Assembly: GCA_016176465.1 (NCBI GenBank)
Contig: JACOXD010000004.1
Span: 50,119 to 114,118 of the forward strand
DNA: 64,000 nt
Direction: 5' to 3'
Origin: Candidatus Daviesbacteria bacterium
GTDB taxonomy: Bacteria > Patescibacteriota > Microgenomatia > Daviesbacterales > UBA10151
A program made the translations under genes and the position numbers. Shown here in pieces: positions 16,286-26,352 of this stretch (the first letter of the stretch is position 1; every line of letters starts with the position of its first letter). The notes under the pieces are model-generated. The model made no database searches. It was given only the letters and a program-made list of their open reading frames with translations, and was not told where the DNA came from.

Positions 16286-17587
16286 TTAAGCAGCGGGAGC
16301 CAGGGTAAAACCTAAATCACCCTCTACAGCTAATTTACCCTTAGGTGTATAAGCCCTTGCTTTTCCTGTACCACTTGCACTACCCCCTCTATCCTCTTGT
16401 AAATTAACCCCTTCTACTTCAATTCTTGCCTCATCTCCATACTGAAGCATTCTAAGAAATCTAACGCGAATTAACTCTGTAAGTAAAGCAACCCTTCCTT
16501 TATACTCTGGTTTTGATAAGATCACCATTGCACCAAATTGATTCATAGCTTCTTCTGTTATTACTCCTGGAATTACTGGGAATCCTGGGAAATGTCCTCC
16601 TCTCCAGTTTATATCAGGATGAATAAGATTTACCATGTGGCCTGAGGCTCTTTCTCCAGGAACTAACTCTAAAACTCCTCCTATAAAGTTAATTGGCCAG
16701 CGATGAGGAATAATATCCTCTACCTGTTCCCTGGTCATTATAGAATCTGCTCTCATTGGAGGAGGTCCAACTAATTCTCCATAACCCTCGGGAAGATGTT
16801 CCCTATATCTAGGTCTAACTCCAACATATTCTGTATGACCATTTGGGTAAGGCTTTGTTACAACTTTAACTATACTATTAGCATAATCTTGGGCCGAAGG
16901 TGTATGTCCAAACTCACCTATAGAGTCCCAATATGCAATCTTTGACTCTTCCGGCCTTCTTCTAGACCAATTATCTGTAACAAATGTTTGATCTAGCGCA
17001 TTCCCCACGACTTCTATGTATTTGAATCTTTCAAATTCTCCTCCTGCAGTAAATGCAAGCCGGAATTGGGTAGATGCAAATCTTTTACCCTCTCTTACAT
17101 TTATATATATATCGGGCACATAAAGCATTGCTTCAGGGTGATCAGTGTGTGCTTGAATACTTTGATTAAAAACAACAGGAGCTCCATCAGGCATCATGGG
17201 AGCTAATGCTCTTAAAAGTGCTAAGTTCCGACCATAATTAAATGCAATAGACTCTTCTAAGGTCCCTCGCAAACCTGCCCCTGTGTTCATAACTAAAGCA
17301 CCTACTACTCCACCTAATAAATGAGCTTTTTCTACATATTGATCAATAGTTTCATCTCTATTAAGATCCCCTTCAACATAAAACATATCCCTTCCAAGAG
17401 CTCTTACCCCATTTACTATTAATTCCTGATCTGAGCGGTGTTTATCGCTCCTAAAACCTCCTAGAACATTCCACTCTGCAACGGCAAAAGCCAAGGCAGT
17501 ATACTTACCTACATCTCTAGAAGTTCCAGTAATGGCAACAAGGGGTCTTCTTTTTTCTCCGGATTCTAATGCTGCGGGACCTGCCAT
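16286..17587 (-). CDS. Fusion of an atypical SDR reductase (N-term) and a FabZ-type 3-hydroxyacyl-ACP dehydratase (C-term)
   Basis: ITGTSRDVG Rossmann motif, YINVREGK; C-terminal IIPHRWP, GHFPGFPVIPGV..EEAMNQ hot-dog motifs. Confidence 0.82.
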   Translation of the reverse strand: MAGPAALESGEKRRPLVAITGTSRDVGKYTALAFAVAEWNVLGGFRSDKHRSDQELIVNGVRALGRDMFYVEGDLNRDETIDQYVEKAHLLGGVVGALVMNTGAGLRGTLEESIAFNYGRNLALLRALAPMMPDGAPVVFNQSIQAHTDHPEAMLYVPDIYINVREGKRFASTQFRLAFTAGGEFERFKYIEVVGNALDQTFVTDNWSRRRPEESKIAYWDSIGEFGHTPSAQDYANSIVKVVTKPYPNGHTEYVGVRPRYREHLPEGYGELVGPPPMRADSIMTREQVEDIIPHRWPINFIGGVLELVPGERASGHMVNLIHPDINWRGGHFPGFPVIPGVITEEAMNQFGAMVILSKPEYKGRVALLTELIRVRFLRMLQYGDEARIEVEGVNLQEDRGGSASGTGKARAYTPKGKLAVEGDLGFTLAPAA

Positions 17588-17591
17588 AAAT

Positions 17592-18527
17592 TTATCCTAA
17601 TCTCAAATGAGTTACGCCTGCTTCTACTTCTAAAATTTGTCCTGTCACAGGTAGTGCGAGATCACTAATAAGATAAAGTACTGTGTGAGCTGCTTCTTCA
17701 GGGGTAATAAATCTTTGACCACCAAGAAGGGGCATTTTTTGTGCGATAGGTAATAGAGGGTCAACCCCCAGCTTTTTTTGCTCATCTGTTTGTTGTCGAC
17801 GATAAGCAAATTCCGCAGTTCTCCAAATTTTGGTCCTAATCGGGCCAAGAGCAGCTGAGTTAACAGCTACTCCATCTTGAGCAAATTCAATCGCCCAAGC
17901 CTTAGTGAGCCCATCAATGCCTGCTTTAGTTGCAACATAAGCTGATTGATAAGCGTTGCCATGACGTCTACTTATGCTTGTTATATTAGCAATTCGCCTT
18001 CTACCCCTAGGCGCTTTTCTTATATCTTCAATTACTCCCAATGTAGTATTAAAAGTTCCGATAAGATTAACCTCTACAACTCCCCTAAAGGTAATCATCA
18101 TCTTTTCTCTTGCTCTATCAGTTTCCCCACTAAATGGTCTATCTGCAGTTATTCCTGCGTTATTAACTAGAGTATCTAGCCCTCCAAATAAATCTCTTCC
18201 CACTCTGGCAATCGCCACTCCTGTTTCCGGCAATTGAATCTCTCCGGTTACTACCTCCACTCCTACTCCAAAACTATTAAGAGTATGAGCCAGTTCTTCT
18301 AATTGAACTTTTCTTTCTGGTTTTCCATTTAAAACTAAACTTGCTCCCGCAATTGCAAATCTTTCAGCAATAGCTTTACCTACTCCTGCATTTGCTCCTG
18401 TAATAGCTACAGTTCTTCCTGTTAAACTTAGTCCTGAGGTTCTTTCACCTTCTACAGTTCTATGGGGACCTAAGTGTCTTCGGAGAATTTGTCTTCTTGT
18501 TTCTGGTGCTTCTGAAGGTGCTGGCAT
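17592..18527 (-). CDS. fabG: 3-oxoacyl-ACP reductase (divergent)
   Basis: TGANAGVG, NNAGITAD, GNAYQSAYVATKAG, VTGQ.L.V. Confidence 0.85.
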   Translation of the reverse strand: MPAPSEAPETRRQILRRHLGPHRTVEGERTSGLSLTGRTVAITGANAGVGKAIAERFAIAGASLVLNGKPERKVQLEELAHTLNSFGVGVEVVTGEIQLPETGVAIARVGRDLFGGLDTLVNNAGITADRPFSGETDRAREKMMITFRGVVEVNLIGTFNTTLGVIEDIRKAPRGRRRIANITSISRRHGNAYQSAYVATKAGIDGLTKAWAIEFAQDGVAVNSAALGPIRTKIWRTAEFAYRRQQTDEQKKLGVDPLLPIAQKMPLLGGQRFITPEEAAHTVLYLISDLALPVTGQILEVEAGVTHLRLG

Positions 18528-18734
18528 ATTTTTTTTAATTAAGCGCTAAACTAACATAGCAAAATATAATTTGCAATATAGTATTTACTAAAAGATCAAT
18601 CTGTAACTTTGGAAACAAAATTTTGGTTATTTTAATTACAAATTTTTAGTAACTAAAACTACAGAAAGTTAATTTTTAAAAGAATATATTGACAACTATT
18701 AACTAAAATTATAGGATCAATTTCATAATTAAAC

Positions 18735-20084
18735 ATGGAAAGATCTGGAGATATTGCTGTAACTGGAATGGGTCTTGTTTCTCCCTTAGGACCTGATAAA
18801 GAAAGTTCCTTTGAAGCCATGCTCAGAGGAGAATCCGGTATAGCATTACTTGAACCACAAAGAAAGTATAAAGGTCTTGGCACTCGAATTGGTGGACAAC
18901 TAAAAGGCTTTCGACCGGAGGATCACTTTAGCGCATTTGCCCGTTTACAAACTCACCGCTCAACCCAAATGGCAGAGGTAGTAGTAAGACAAGCTATAAA
19001 AGATGCAGGTTTTGAAATAGGAAAGAGAGGAGTTTTTGCTCCTGATCGAAAAAAAAGTTTAATCTCAGGTACTAGCGTAGGAGGGATGGTTGGACTTCCT
19101 TCAGAAGAGTGGGTATTAGCAAGGGCTCATTATGAAGAATGGTCTAGGGCGGCCTCTATGAGTACTTTAAGAAGTCTTCCAGAAAGATCTGCAACTTATC
19201 CTGCAATGGAGCATGGGATCACGGGTCCTGTTAAACAAGAATCTGGAGCCTGTGCAACATTCGCCTTAGTATTATCCGAAGCAGAGTTTAGGCTTAATTA
19301 CCGTTATACGAGAAACGGTTTAGATGAAAATGACCCAGATGCCACAGATGCAGACTTAATAATAGTAGTTGGAACAGATGCGGGAATTTCCCCACTAATG
19401 ATTAGATCCTTTAATGTCTTGGGGGGTAAGGAGGGAGCGCTTTCCAGAAGGAACGATGATCCAGAAGGTGCTAGCAGACCCTATGATCAATATGCGGATG
19501 GATTTGTTCCTGCTGAAATGGCAGCAGCTCTTCTCTTAGAGCCTCGAGAACTGGCTGAAGCAAGAGGTGCACATATTTATGCTTTATATCTAGGTGGAGC
19601 TGATACTTGCGATGCTGATAGGGCTACAGCTGTGAATTCAAATAGACTAGCCGATACATATAGACTTACTTTAAGAAGAAGTGGAATTATAATTGCTAAA
19701 AGGATTGATATTGCTTTTAATGCCCATGCCACCTCAACCCTTCCCGGTGATAAAGGTGAAGCAACTGCAGTGAAAATAGCATTTGGAGATAAAGCCAAAG
19801 ACATTCCTATAAGTGCAATGAAAGGGTATTTTGGTCATGGTCTAGGTCCTTGCGCCGGAGGAGAGATAGTAATGGGATTAATGGCTATGGAGAAACAAAT
19901 CGTAATTGCTAATCGTAATTTACATAATCGCATCCCTGAAGCTGAAGGTTTATTTTTAGTAGAGCCTGAATTAGTAGATGGTGAACTTAGATACTATAGA
20001 CCTTGGAAATATGATGTTATGTTGAAAGCTTCTTCTGGATTTGGTGGAATAAATTCTGTTCATGCTTTTAGACTATATCAATAG
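18735..20084 (+). CDS. fabF: Beta-ketoacyl-ACP synthase, FabF-like (copy 1)
   Basis: VTGMGLVSPLG, SGAC(Cys)AT, SRPYD..ADGFV, NAH, GHGLG, GFGG.NS. Confidence 0.85.
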   Translation: MERSGDIAVTGMGLVSPLGPDKESSFEAMLRGESGIALLEPQRKYKGLGTRIGGQLKGFRPEDHFSAFARLQTHRSTQMAEVVVRQAIKDAGFEIGKRGVFAPDRKKSLISGTSVGGMVGLPSEEWVLARAHYEEWSRAASMSTLRSLPERSATYPAMEHGITGPVKQESGACATFALVLSEAEFRLNYRYTRNGLDENDPDATDADLIIVVGTDAGISPLMIRSFNVLGGKEGALSRRNDDPEGASRPYDQYADGFVPAEMAAALLLEPRELAEARGAHIYALYLGGADTCDADRATAVNSNRLADTYRLTLRRSGIIIAKRIDIAFNAHATSTLPGDKGEATAVKIAFGDKAKDIPISAMKGYFGHGLGPCAGGEIVMGLMAMEKQIVIANRNLHNRIPEAEGLFLVEPELVDGELRYYRPWKYDVMLKASSGFGGINSVHAFRLYQ

Positions 20085-20087
20085 TTT

Positions 20088-21410
20088 ATGCGAGAAAAAG
20101 ATCTAGACGAGAGAGTTGCTATTGTTGGAGTTGGAGCTGTAACTCCTGCTGGTAATTCTGCCCAGGCTACTTGGGAAGGATTTACTCACTCAAACCGCTC
20201 CTTTATTACAGCTATGTCTGTTGGTCGTGATAATTTCCATTCTATGCAACTTGCAGGCAAAGTTAAAGATTTTGATCCATATAAATACGCTGGTGGAAAA
20301 CAACTTAAAAGATCAGACCGCTATGCTCAATTTGCAGTTGCAGCCTCGGTTGAGGCAATGTTAGCTTCAGGCCGCTTAAGGATGGTTACAAAACCAAATA
20401 GAACAACTGCAGCAGTTTATGAATTAATCGATATTGATCCTTTTAGAATAGGTGTAGATATGGGTATAGCGGTTGGCGGATCTTCTGCAATTGACCAAGG
20501 GAGAGAAGACATAATGCTAAAAGGCCCGGATAGAATTAGTCCTAATACAATTTCTCTTTTAAATCCCTCAAAAGCTGCAAGCGATCCAGCCCTTATAATT
20601 GGCGCGCTAGGCGGAGCGATGACTCATAACAGCGCGTGTGTGAGCGGAGTCAGCGGAATTATAGAGCTTTATAAAAAAATAGTCAGAGGTGATTTGGACA
20701 TGGGAGTTGGAGGTGGAACTGAGTCCCCCCTACACCCACTAGCTTTCTATGCATTCCAAAAAATGGGAGTGTTGGTTTCATATGAGAAATTTAAAGATAG
20801 CCCGGAAGAAGCCGTAAAGTCACTTGATGTAGATGGGGAGGGATTTGCTATGGGTGAAGGGGTAGGAGTTTTAGCCTTAGAGAGATATAGTTTGGCGGTA
20901 AAAAGAAAGGCAAGAATTCTAGGGGAAATTGTAGGACCAGCTTATTTTTGTGATCCAAGGGATGTGTTAGATCCAACTGAAAAGAACGTTGAAATATTAG
21001 TAGAAATGATCCTTGAAAATTCTGGCTTAGAACCATACGAGGTTGATCATCATAACCTTCATGCAGGCGCATCAACGGGTGATGGCACAGAACTGCGAGG
21101 ATCAAGAAGAGTTTACAAATACCAAACTGAATATATAAGTTTTCATGGACCTAAATCAAGAATTGGTCACTTAATGGGCGGGGCTGGAGGTGCTGAAAGT
21201 GTAATTTTAGTTTATGCAGTAGCAACTGATACCGACCCGCCTACTGCCAATTTGAAGAATCCAAGAGAGGCAGGCTTTTATGTTCCCAGAAGAACAGGTA
21301 GAAGATTAATAAGGGCAGGGATAAAAACAGCTTTGGGTTTAGATGGGCAATATGGTGGGTTTGGAGTCGTCAAACCTGCCCCCAGATATCTTAATTACGC
21401 TGCTGCTTAA
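20088..21410 (+). CDS. fabF: Beta-ketoacyl-ACP synthase, FabF-like (copy 2)
   Basis: VGVGAVTP.G, DRYAQFAVAA, SAC(Cys)VSG, GEGVG, NLH, KSRIGHLMG. Confidence 0.83.
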   Translation: MREKDLDERVAIVGVGAVTPAGNSAQATWEGFTHSNRSFITAMSVGRDNFHSMQLAGKVKDFDPYKYAGGKQLKRSDRYAQFAVAASVEAMLASGRLRMVTKPNRTTAAVYELIDIDPFRIGVDMGIAVGGSSAIDQGREDIMLKGPDRISPNTISLLNPSKAASDPALIIGALGGAMTHNSACVSGVSGIIELYKKIVRGDLDMGVGGGTESPLHPLAFYAFQKMGVLVSYEKFKDSPEEAVKSLDVDGEGFAMGEGVGVLALERYSLAVKRKARILGEIVGPAYFCDPRDVLDPTEKNVEILVEMILENSGLEPYEVDHHNLHAGASTGDGTELRGSRRVYKYQTEYISFHGPKSRIGHLMGGAGGAESVILVYAVATDTDPPTANLKNPREAGFYVPRRTGRRLIRAGIKTALGLDGQYGGFGVVKPAPRYLNYAAA

Positions 21411-21450
21411 TTTCTTTTGTTTATGAGACGCTCGCTCAGCTTACTCATTA

Positions 21451-22446
21451 CTAAGAGGTGACCGGCTCCCAGCTAGTAGCAATGTGTAATCCTAAGCTAG
21501 TTAATATTTTCTCTGCTCTACCCTCACCAATAATTTTTGGATTCATGTCTGTTAGAGTAGTTTTTGTTCCAAATTCAACAAATCTTTGGACTCCTTCTTG
21601 TCTTAATTTCAAAACAGCATCTTTCCAACGGACAGCTGAAGTTAGCTGTGCTTCTAGCTCTTGTCTAATTTGTTCTACGGTCTCTAAAACCCAGGCTTTA
21701 GTATTGCCTACTATACCTACTACAGGTGGTTTAATAGGGGAACTTTCCAAAGCAGGGAGCAATCTTTCCCGGGCTGGTTGCATATGACGGGTATGAAAAG
21801 GACCTGCTACTCCTTTTAATAAGAAACCCCTTATTCTCGCTGGCTCCAGTAAGGCCGGAAGCTGATCCAAACTCTTCTTTAGCCCTCCGACTACGAACTG
21901 CTCACCATTATTAACCGAAGCAACATCAACTCCTATAGGACTTACTAAATTGATTAGTTCTGCTTCATTTTCTTCACTTGTTTCCATCCTAACAACATAT
22001 AATCCTCCTGGATTTTGAATACAAGCTTCCTGCATTGCCTCACCACGAATTTGCACTAATCTCAAAGCCTCTTCAAAGCTTAAAGCACCTGCCGCAACTA
22101 AAGCAGTATAGAGCCCAAGGCTGTGTCCAGAAGTAGAAATTTCCCATTCACTGAAGTCTCCATTATTCTCGTCTTCGAAGAGCTCTCTACAAACCTCGCC
22201 ATAAGCTAAGAGTCCTGGCTGGGTTACTCTAGTCTCAGTTAAAACCTCAATTGGTCCTTTAAACATTAGCTCTGTTAAAAATTTTCCACCACTACCTGTT
22301 GAAAAAGGACCTAAAGTATCATTAGCAACATCTAGTGTTTTTTTAACTCCTGGATATGTGGAGTATAAATCTGCTGCCATCCCTACAAATTGGCTTCCTT
22401 GGCCTGGAAACACCCAGGCGACTTTAGGTTTTTGCTCTACGCTCAT
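21451..22446 (-). CDS. fabD: Malonyl-CoA:ACP transacylase
   Basis: FPGQGSQ..GM, TQP, GHSLG, RG.AMQ, GPFHT. Confidence 0.92.
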   Translation of the reverse strand: MSVEQKPKVAWVFPGQGSQFVGMAADLYSTYPGVKKTLDVANDTLGPFSTGSGGKFLTELMFKGPIEVLTETRVTQPGLLAYGEVCRELFEDENNGDFSEWEISTSGHSLGLYTALVAAGALSFEEALRLVQIRGEAMQEACIQNPGGLYVVRMETSEENEAELINLVSPIGVDVASVNNGEQFVVGGLKKSLDQLPALLEPARIRGFLLKGVAGPFHTRHMQPARERLLPALESSPIKPPVVGIVGNTKAWVLETVEQIRQELEAQLTSAVRWKDAVLKLRQEGVQRFVEFGTKTTLTDMNPKIIGEGRAEKILTSLGLHIATSWEPVTS

Positions 22447-22486
22447 ATTAGGAGAAATACTATCATAAGCTTAGAGTAATTTTCTA

Positions 22487-24592
22487 CTAAGTAGAAGAAG
22501 AACCTGAGGACTGGGTGGCAAAATATTCTTCTGCATTTCTGACTAATACATCTCTAGGTTTAGCACCCTCACCTGGTCCTATAATTCCTGCTGCTTCTAA
22601 CTCATCTATAATCCTAGCTGCTCTGGCATAACCTACCCTTAGTCTCCTTTGCAAAAGTGAAGCTGAAGCCCGGTCATACTGGCAAACTGTTCTAACTGCT
22701 TCCTCAAATAAGTCATCTCTCTCATTTACTCCCGCTATCCCATTTCTACCCCATCTACCAAGTGGCATCTCAGTTACCTCAGTGGTGTATTGTGGCTCAA
22801 TTCCAATGGATTTTAGATACTTAATTAAATTATTAGTCTCTTGATCTGTAAGTAGCACTCCTTGAATCCTAATAGGCTTACTAGCATCAGGTGGTAAAAA
22901 TAACATATCTCCTCTTCCTAATAATTTTTCTGCCCCCGGACCATCCAAAATTACTCTGGAATCCACCATGGATGAGACATTAAAAGCAATACGACATGGG
23001 ATGTTAGCTTTGATTAAACCAGTTATAACATCAACAGAAGGTCTCTGAGTGGCTACTACTAAATGAAGTCCAGTAGCCCGAGCTAACTGGGCAATCCGGG
23101 TGATAGCATCCTCAACTTCAACAGGAGCAAACATCATTAAATCAGCTAACTCATCAACAATAATTACAATATTAGGAAGTGCTTGGAATCCTGACATCTC
23201 GTTATAGCCTGTAATATTTCTTACCCCCACAGATTGGAAAAGTTTATACCTTCTATCCATCTCCGCCATGGACCACTTTAGTGCAGATAAAATTTTCTCA
23301 GGCTCAGTAATAACCGGAGTTAAAAGGTGGGGGATTCCGTTATAATTTGTTAACTCCACCCTTTTTGGATCTATTAAAATTAATTTAAGCTCATCGGGTG
23401 AGTTTCTATATAAAAGCGTTGCAATAATAGCGTTAATTAAAACTGATTTTCCAGAGCCAGTGGTTCCGGCAATCAAACAGTGCGGCATCCGGTCTATATC
23501 TACAACCAAAGGACTGGAGGCTGTATCCCTACCTAATGCAATAGCTAGCTTTGATTTATGTTTACTCATCTCATCTGATGCTAAAATAGCTTTTAAACCC
23601 ACAATTTCTAAAGAGTGATTTGGTACCTCAATCCCAACTAAAGATTTTCCCGGAATAGGAGCTTCAATTCTGACAGTTCCTGTTCTGGTGGCTAGCGCCA
23701 GTGCGATATCATGTTGTAAGTTAGCAATCTTGGCAATTTTAGTTCCTGATGCAATCTCTAATGCATATTGAGTAACAGCAGGTCCGCCGTTAACTTCAGC
23801 CACTCTTGCTTGAATTCCAAAAGAATCTAAGGTTTTTTCAATAATTGATGCACTTTTTTTAATATCCCCCCGCTCAGCGGACGCTCCTACCCTATCAGAG
23901 AGAAGTGAAAGGGGTGGATACTTCCAAACAGTATTAGATCCTGCTACATTAGCAACTAATTGATCAGAAATTATCCCCTCTTTTGCGGCTGCTTTAGGCT
24001 TTTGCCTCTCATCCATTCCAGAGACTTTAATAGCCACATGTTTAATCGGCATCACATCAGAGTGATTAAATAACCTATTCACTCCTCTAAATAACTTACC
24101 AAAAATTTTGACACTTCCTTGTAAAATATGTCCGAGCGAAGACAGAGAGGTATTAAAAAGTACTACCAATCCCACTAAAAATACTCCTAGTAGTACAACT
24201 GCGCTTCCAACAGGAGTTAATAATTTAGCTGAGTTTACCCAAATCTCAACACCTAAATTTCCTGCAAAGGTAGCGCTAAAGATTGCTGTTAAACCTAAAA
24301 GAGCAACTAAAGATGTAACAAATCCCAAAAAAACATTTAACTGAGCCACTCTCCAGCGAAGTTTTTGTAAAGTTAAACCAGATAAAATAAAAAAAATAGC
24401 GGCAAAATAAGCGCCCCAGCCAAAGTTAGTAAGTAAAAAATTCCTCCAAAAACTTAGCGTCTGCGTTTCTGTAAACATTGAAACAAGAGATAGTCCACCC
24501 AGGATAAAAGAGACAATAGAAGCTATTGTAATTACTGTTCTCTGACGCAGTTTAAGTCTTGGTATAGAATAAATTGATCTTCGGCGGGGCAT
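22487..24592 (-). CDS. ftsK: DNA translocase FtsK/SpoIIIE
   Basis: N-terminal TMs, GTTGSGKS, DELADLMM, ATQRPSVDVITG, gamma domain. Confidence 0.97.
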   Translation of the reverse strand: MPRRRSIYSIPRLKLRQRTVITIASIVSFILGGLSLVSMFTETQTLSFWRNFLLTNFGWGAYFAAIFFILSGLTLQKLRWRVAQLNVFLGFVTSLVALLGLTAIFSATFAGNLGVEIWVNSAKLLTPVGSAVVLLGVFLVGLVVLFNTSLSSLGHILQGSVKIFGKLFRGVNRLFNHSDVMPIKHVAIKVSGMDERQKPKAAAKEGIISDQLVANVAGSNTVWKYPPLSLLSDRVGASAERGDIKKSASIIEKTLDSFGIQARVAEVNGGPAVTQYALEIASGTKIAKIANLQHDIALALATRTGTVRIEAPIPGKSLVGIEVPNHSLEIVGLKAILASDEMSKHKSKLAIALGRDTASSPLVVDIDRMPHCLIAGTTGSGKSVLINAIIATLLYRNSPDELKLILIDPKRVELTNYNGIPHLLTPVITEPEKILSALKWSMAEMDRRYKLFQSVGVRNITGYNEMSGFQALPNIVIIVDELADLMMFAPVEVEDAITRIAQLARATGLHLVVATQRPSVDVITGLIKANIPCRIAFNVSSMVDSRVILDGPGAEKLLGRGDMLFLPPDASKPIRIQGVLLTDQETNNLIKYLKSIGIEPQYTTEVTEMPLGRWGRNGIAGVNERDDLFEEAVRTVCQYDRASASLLQRRLRVGYARAARIIDELEAAGIIGPGEGAKPRDVLVRNAEEYFATQSSGSSST

Positions 24593-24632
24593 TGGTAGTT
24601 ATTATATCATACTCCACTTCACTATGGGATAA

Positions 24633-26348
24633 TTAAACTTCAACCACCACAGTCAGGATAAGTGGGCTCCTTTTTGTTTCTTCAAAGAAAAATTTTTCTA
24701 AGTTTTCCTCAATAGTATGTCTAATATATCTCCAATCAAGCGGTGGTTTATGATCCCTTAGACAACTCTTAACAATCTCTTTTGCTGCCTCAAGTAAGTC
24801 TTCTGCCTGTTTTTCAAAAACAAATCCTCTGGAAATAATATCTGGTTCCCCTCCTACCTTTCCTGTTTGAGGCTCAACTGGTACCACCACAACTACAATT
24901 CCCTCCTCAGCCATTACCTGCCTATCTCTCAAAACAACAGTCCCAACATCTCCCACTCCTAGCCCATCAACATAGACATTAGCCACATTAATGGAAGAAC
25001 TTATATAAGCTCTATCTTTCTTGATATCAATTACCTGTCCCTCTGTTGGAAGTAATATTTGATTTTCCTCATAACCTAGCGACTTTGCCATACGTGAGAA
25101 TTCTTTCATATGTCTAAAAGTACCTCCAATTGGCAGTAAATATTTAGGTTTGGCTAAGTTAATCATGAGTTTAAGTTCTTCACTACTTGCATGTCCACTA
25201 ACGTGAAGGTCTGAAGTTAGCGCGCTGTAGTAAACATCACAGCCTAATTTAGTTAGATTATCAATTAAGGCATGCTGAGCAGATTCAGTTGAAGGGATCG
25301 GATCAGCACTAAAAACTACACTATCTAATTTGCCAAAATGAATGTATTTATGATCACCATTGGCTGCTCGAGAGAGGGAAGAGCCAGGTTGGCCTTGGGA
25401 GCCGGCGATTAAAATCATCAATTTATTTTCCGGATAGCTTTTAATTGATTCTTGGTTGATAACTAAACCAGGCGGCACATCTAAATAACCTAAATCTCTG
25501 GCAACTTGGAAATTATTTTCAACCGATCTACCGGATAAAGCTAATTTTCTACCAGCTTTGATTGCAACATTAATAGCTTGTTGGACCCTAGTTATATTAG
25601 AGGAAGTCATGGTAATTAAAACTTTTCCCCTAGTTTCACTTTCAACCTTGGAAAAAGTGCCCTCAATCGTTTTTTCAGATAAAGTATAGCCTTGTTTTTC
25701 TACCCTTAAACAATCAATGGACATAAATAAAACCCCTTGCTCACCCACTCTGGCAACAGTTCCCACATCAGTTACTTGATTATTAACAGGCGTCCAATCC
25801 ATTTTAAAATCTGCTTGGTGAATCAAAGTACCAACAGGAGTTCTTAAAACAATCCCCGTAGAATCAGGAATGGAGTGAGAAACTTGATAAAAAGAAGCTT
25901 CAAAGCTACCTAGTTTTATAGTTTGTTTTAAACCAACATTTTTAATTTTATCTTTAGGTAATCTATGCTCGCTAAATTTAGATCTAATTAATCCAGCAGT
26001 TAATTTTTGAGCATAAATTTCTACATCTAGCTCAGGCCAAATATAGGGAAGCCCACCAATATGATCATCATGAGCGTGAGTAATTAAAATTCCTCGTATC
26101 TTACTTTTTTTATCCCGAAGGTATGAGATATCAGGAATTACTAAATCAATCCCAGGCATTGCTTCATCAGGAAACCCAACTCCACAATCAATAATAACAA
26201 TATCATTACCATATTCATAAATATACATATTCTTTGTCACATCACCAATCCCGCCTAAGGGAGTGAGTTTTAAAGATCTCCCCCCTTGGTGAGGTTGGTG
26301 TATTATTGGTTGTTCTAAATGTCTTTTAACTTTATTTGGTTTAAACAT
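24633..26348 (-). CDS. rnj: Ribonuclease J
   Basis: THAHDDHIG, HSIPD, HVSGH. Confidence 0.95.
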   Translation of the reverse strand: MFKPNKVKRHLEQPIIHQPHQGGRSLKLTPLGGIGDVTKNMYIYEYGNDIVIIDCGVGFPDEAMPGIDLVIPDISYLRDKKSKIRGILITHAHDDHIGGLPYIWPELDVEIYAQKLTAGLIRSKFSEHRLPKDKIKNVGLKQTIKLGSFEASFYQVSHSIPDSTGIVLRTPVGTLIHQADFKMDWTPVNNQVTDVGTVARVGEQGVLFMSIDCLRVEKQGYTLSEKTIEGTFSKVESETRGKVLITMTSSNITRVQQAINVAIKAGRKLALSGRSVENNFQVARDLGYLDVPPGLVINQESIKSYPENKLMILIAGSQGQPGSSLSRAANGDHKYIHFGKLDSVVFSADPIPSTESAQHALIDNLTKLGCDVYYSALTSDLHVSGHASSEELKLMINLAKPKYLLPIGGTFRHMKEFSRMAKSLGYEENQILLPTEGQVIDIKKDRAYISSSINVANVYVDGLGVGDVGTVVLRDRQVMAEEGIVVVVVPVEPQTGKVGGEPDIISRGFVFEKQAEDLLEAAKEIVKSCLRDHKPPLDWRYIRHTIEENLEKFFFEETKRSPLILTVVVEV

Positions 26349-26352
26349 AATT

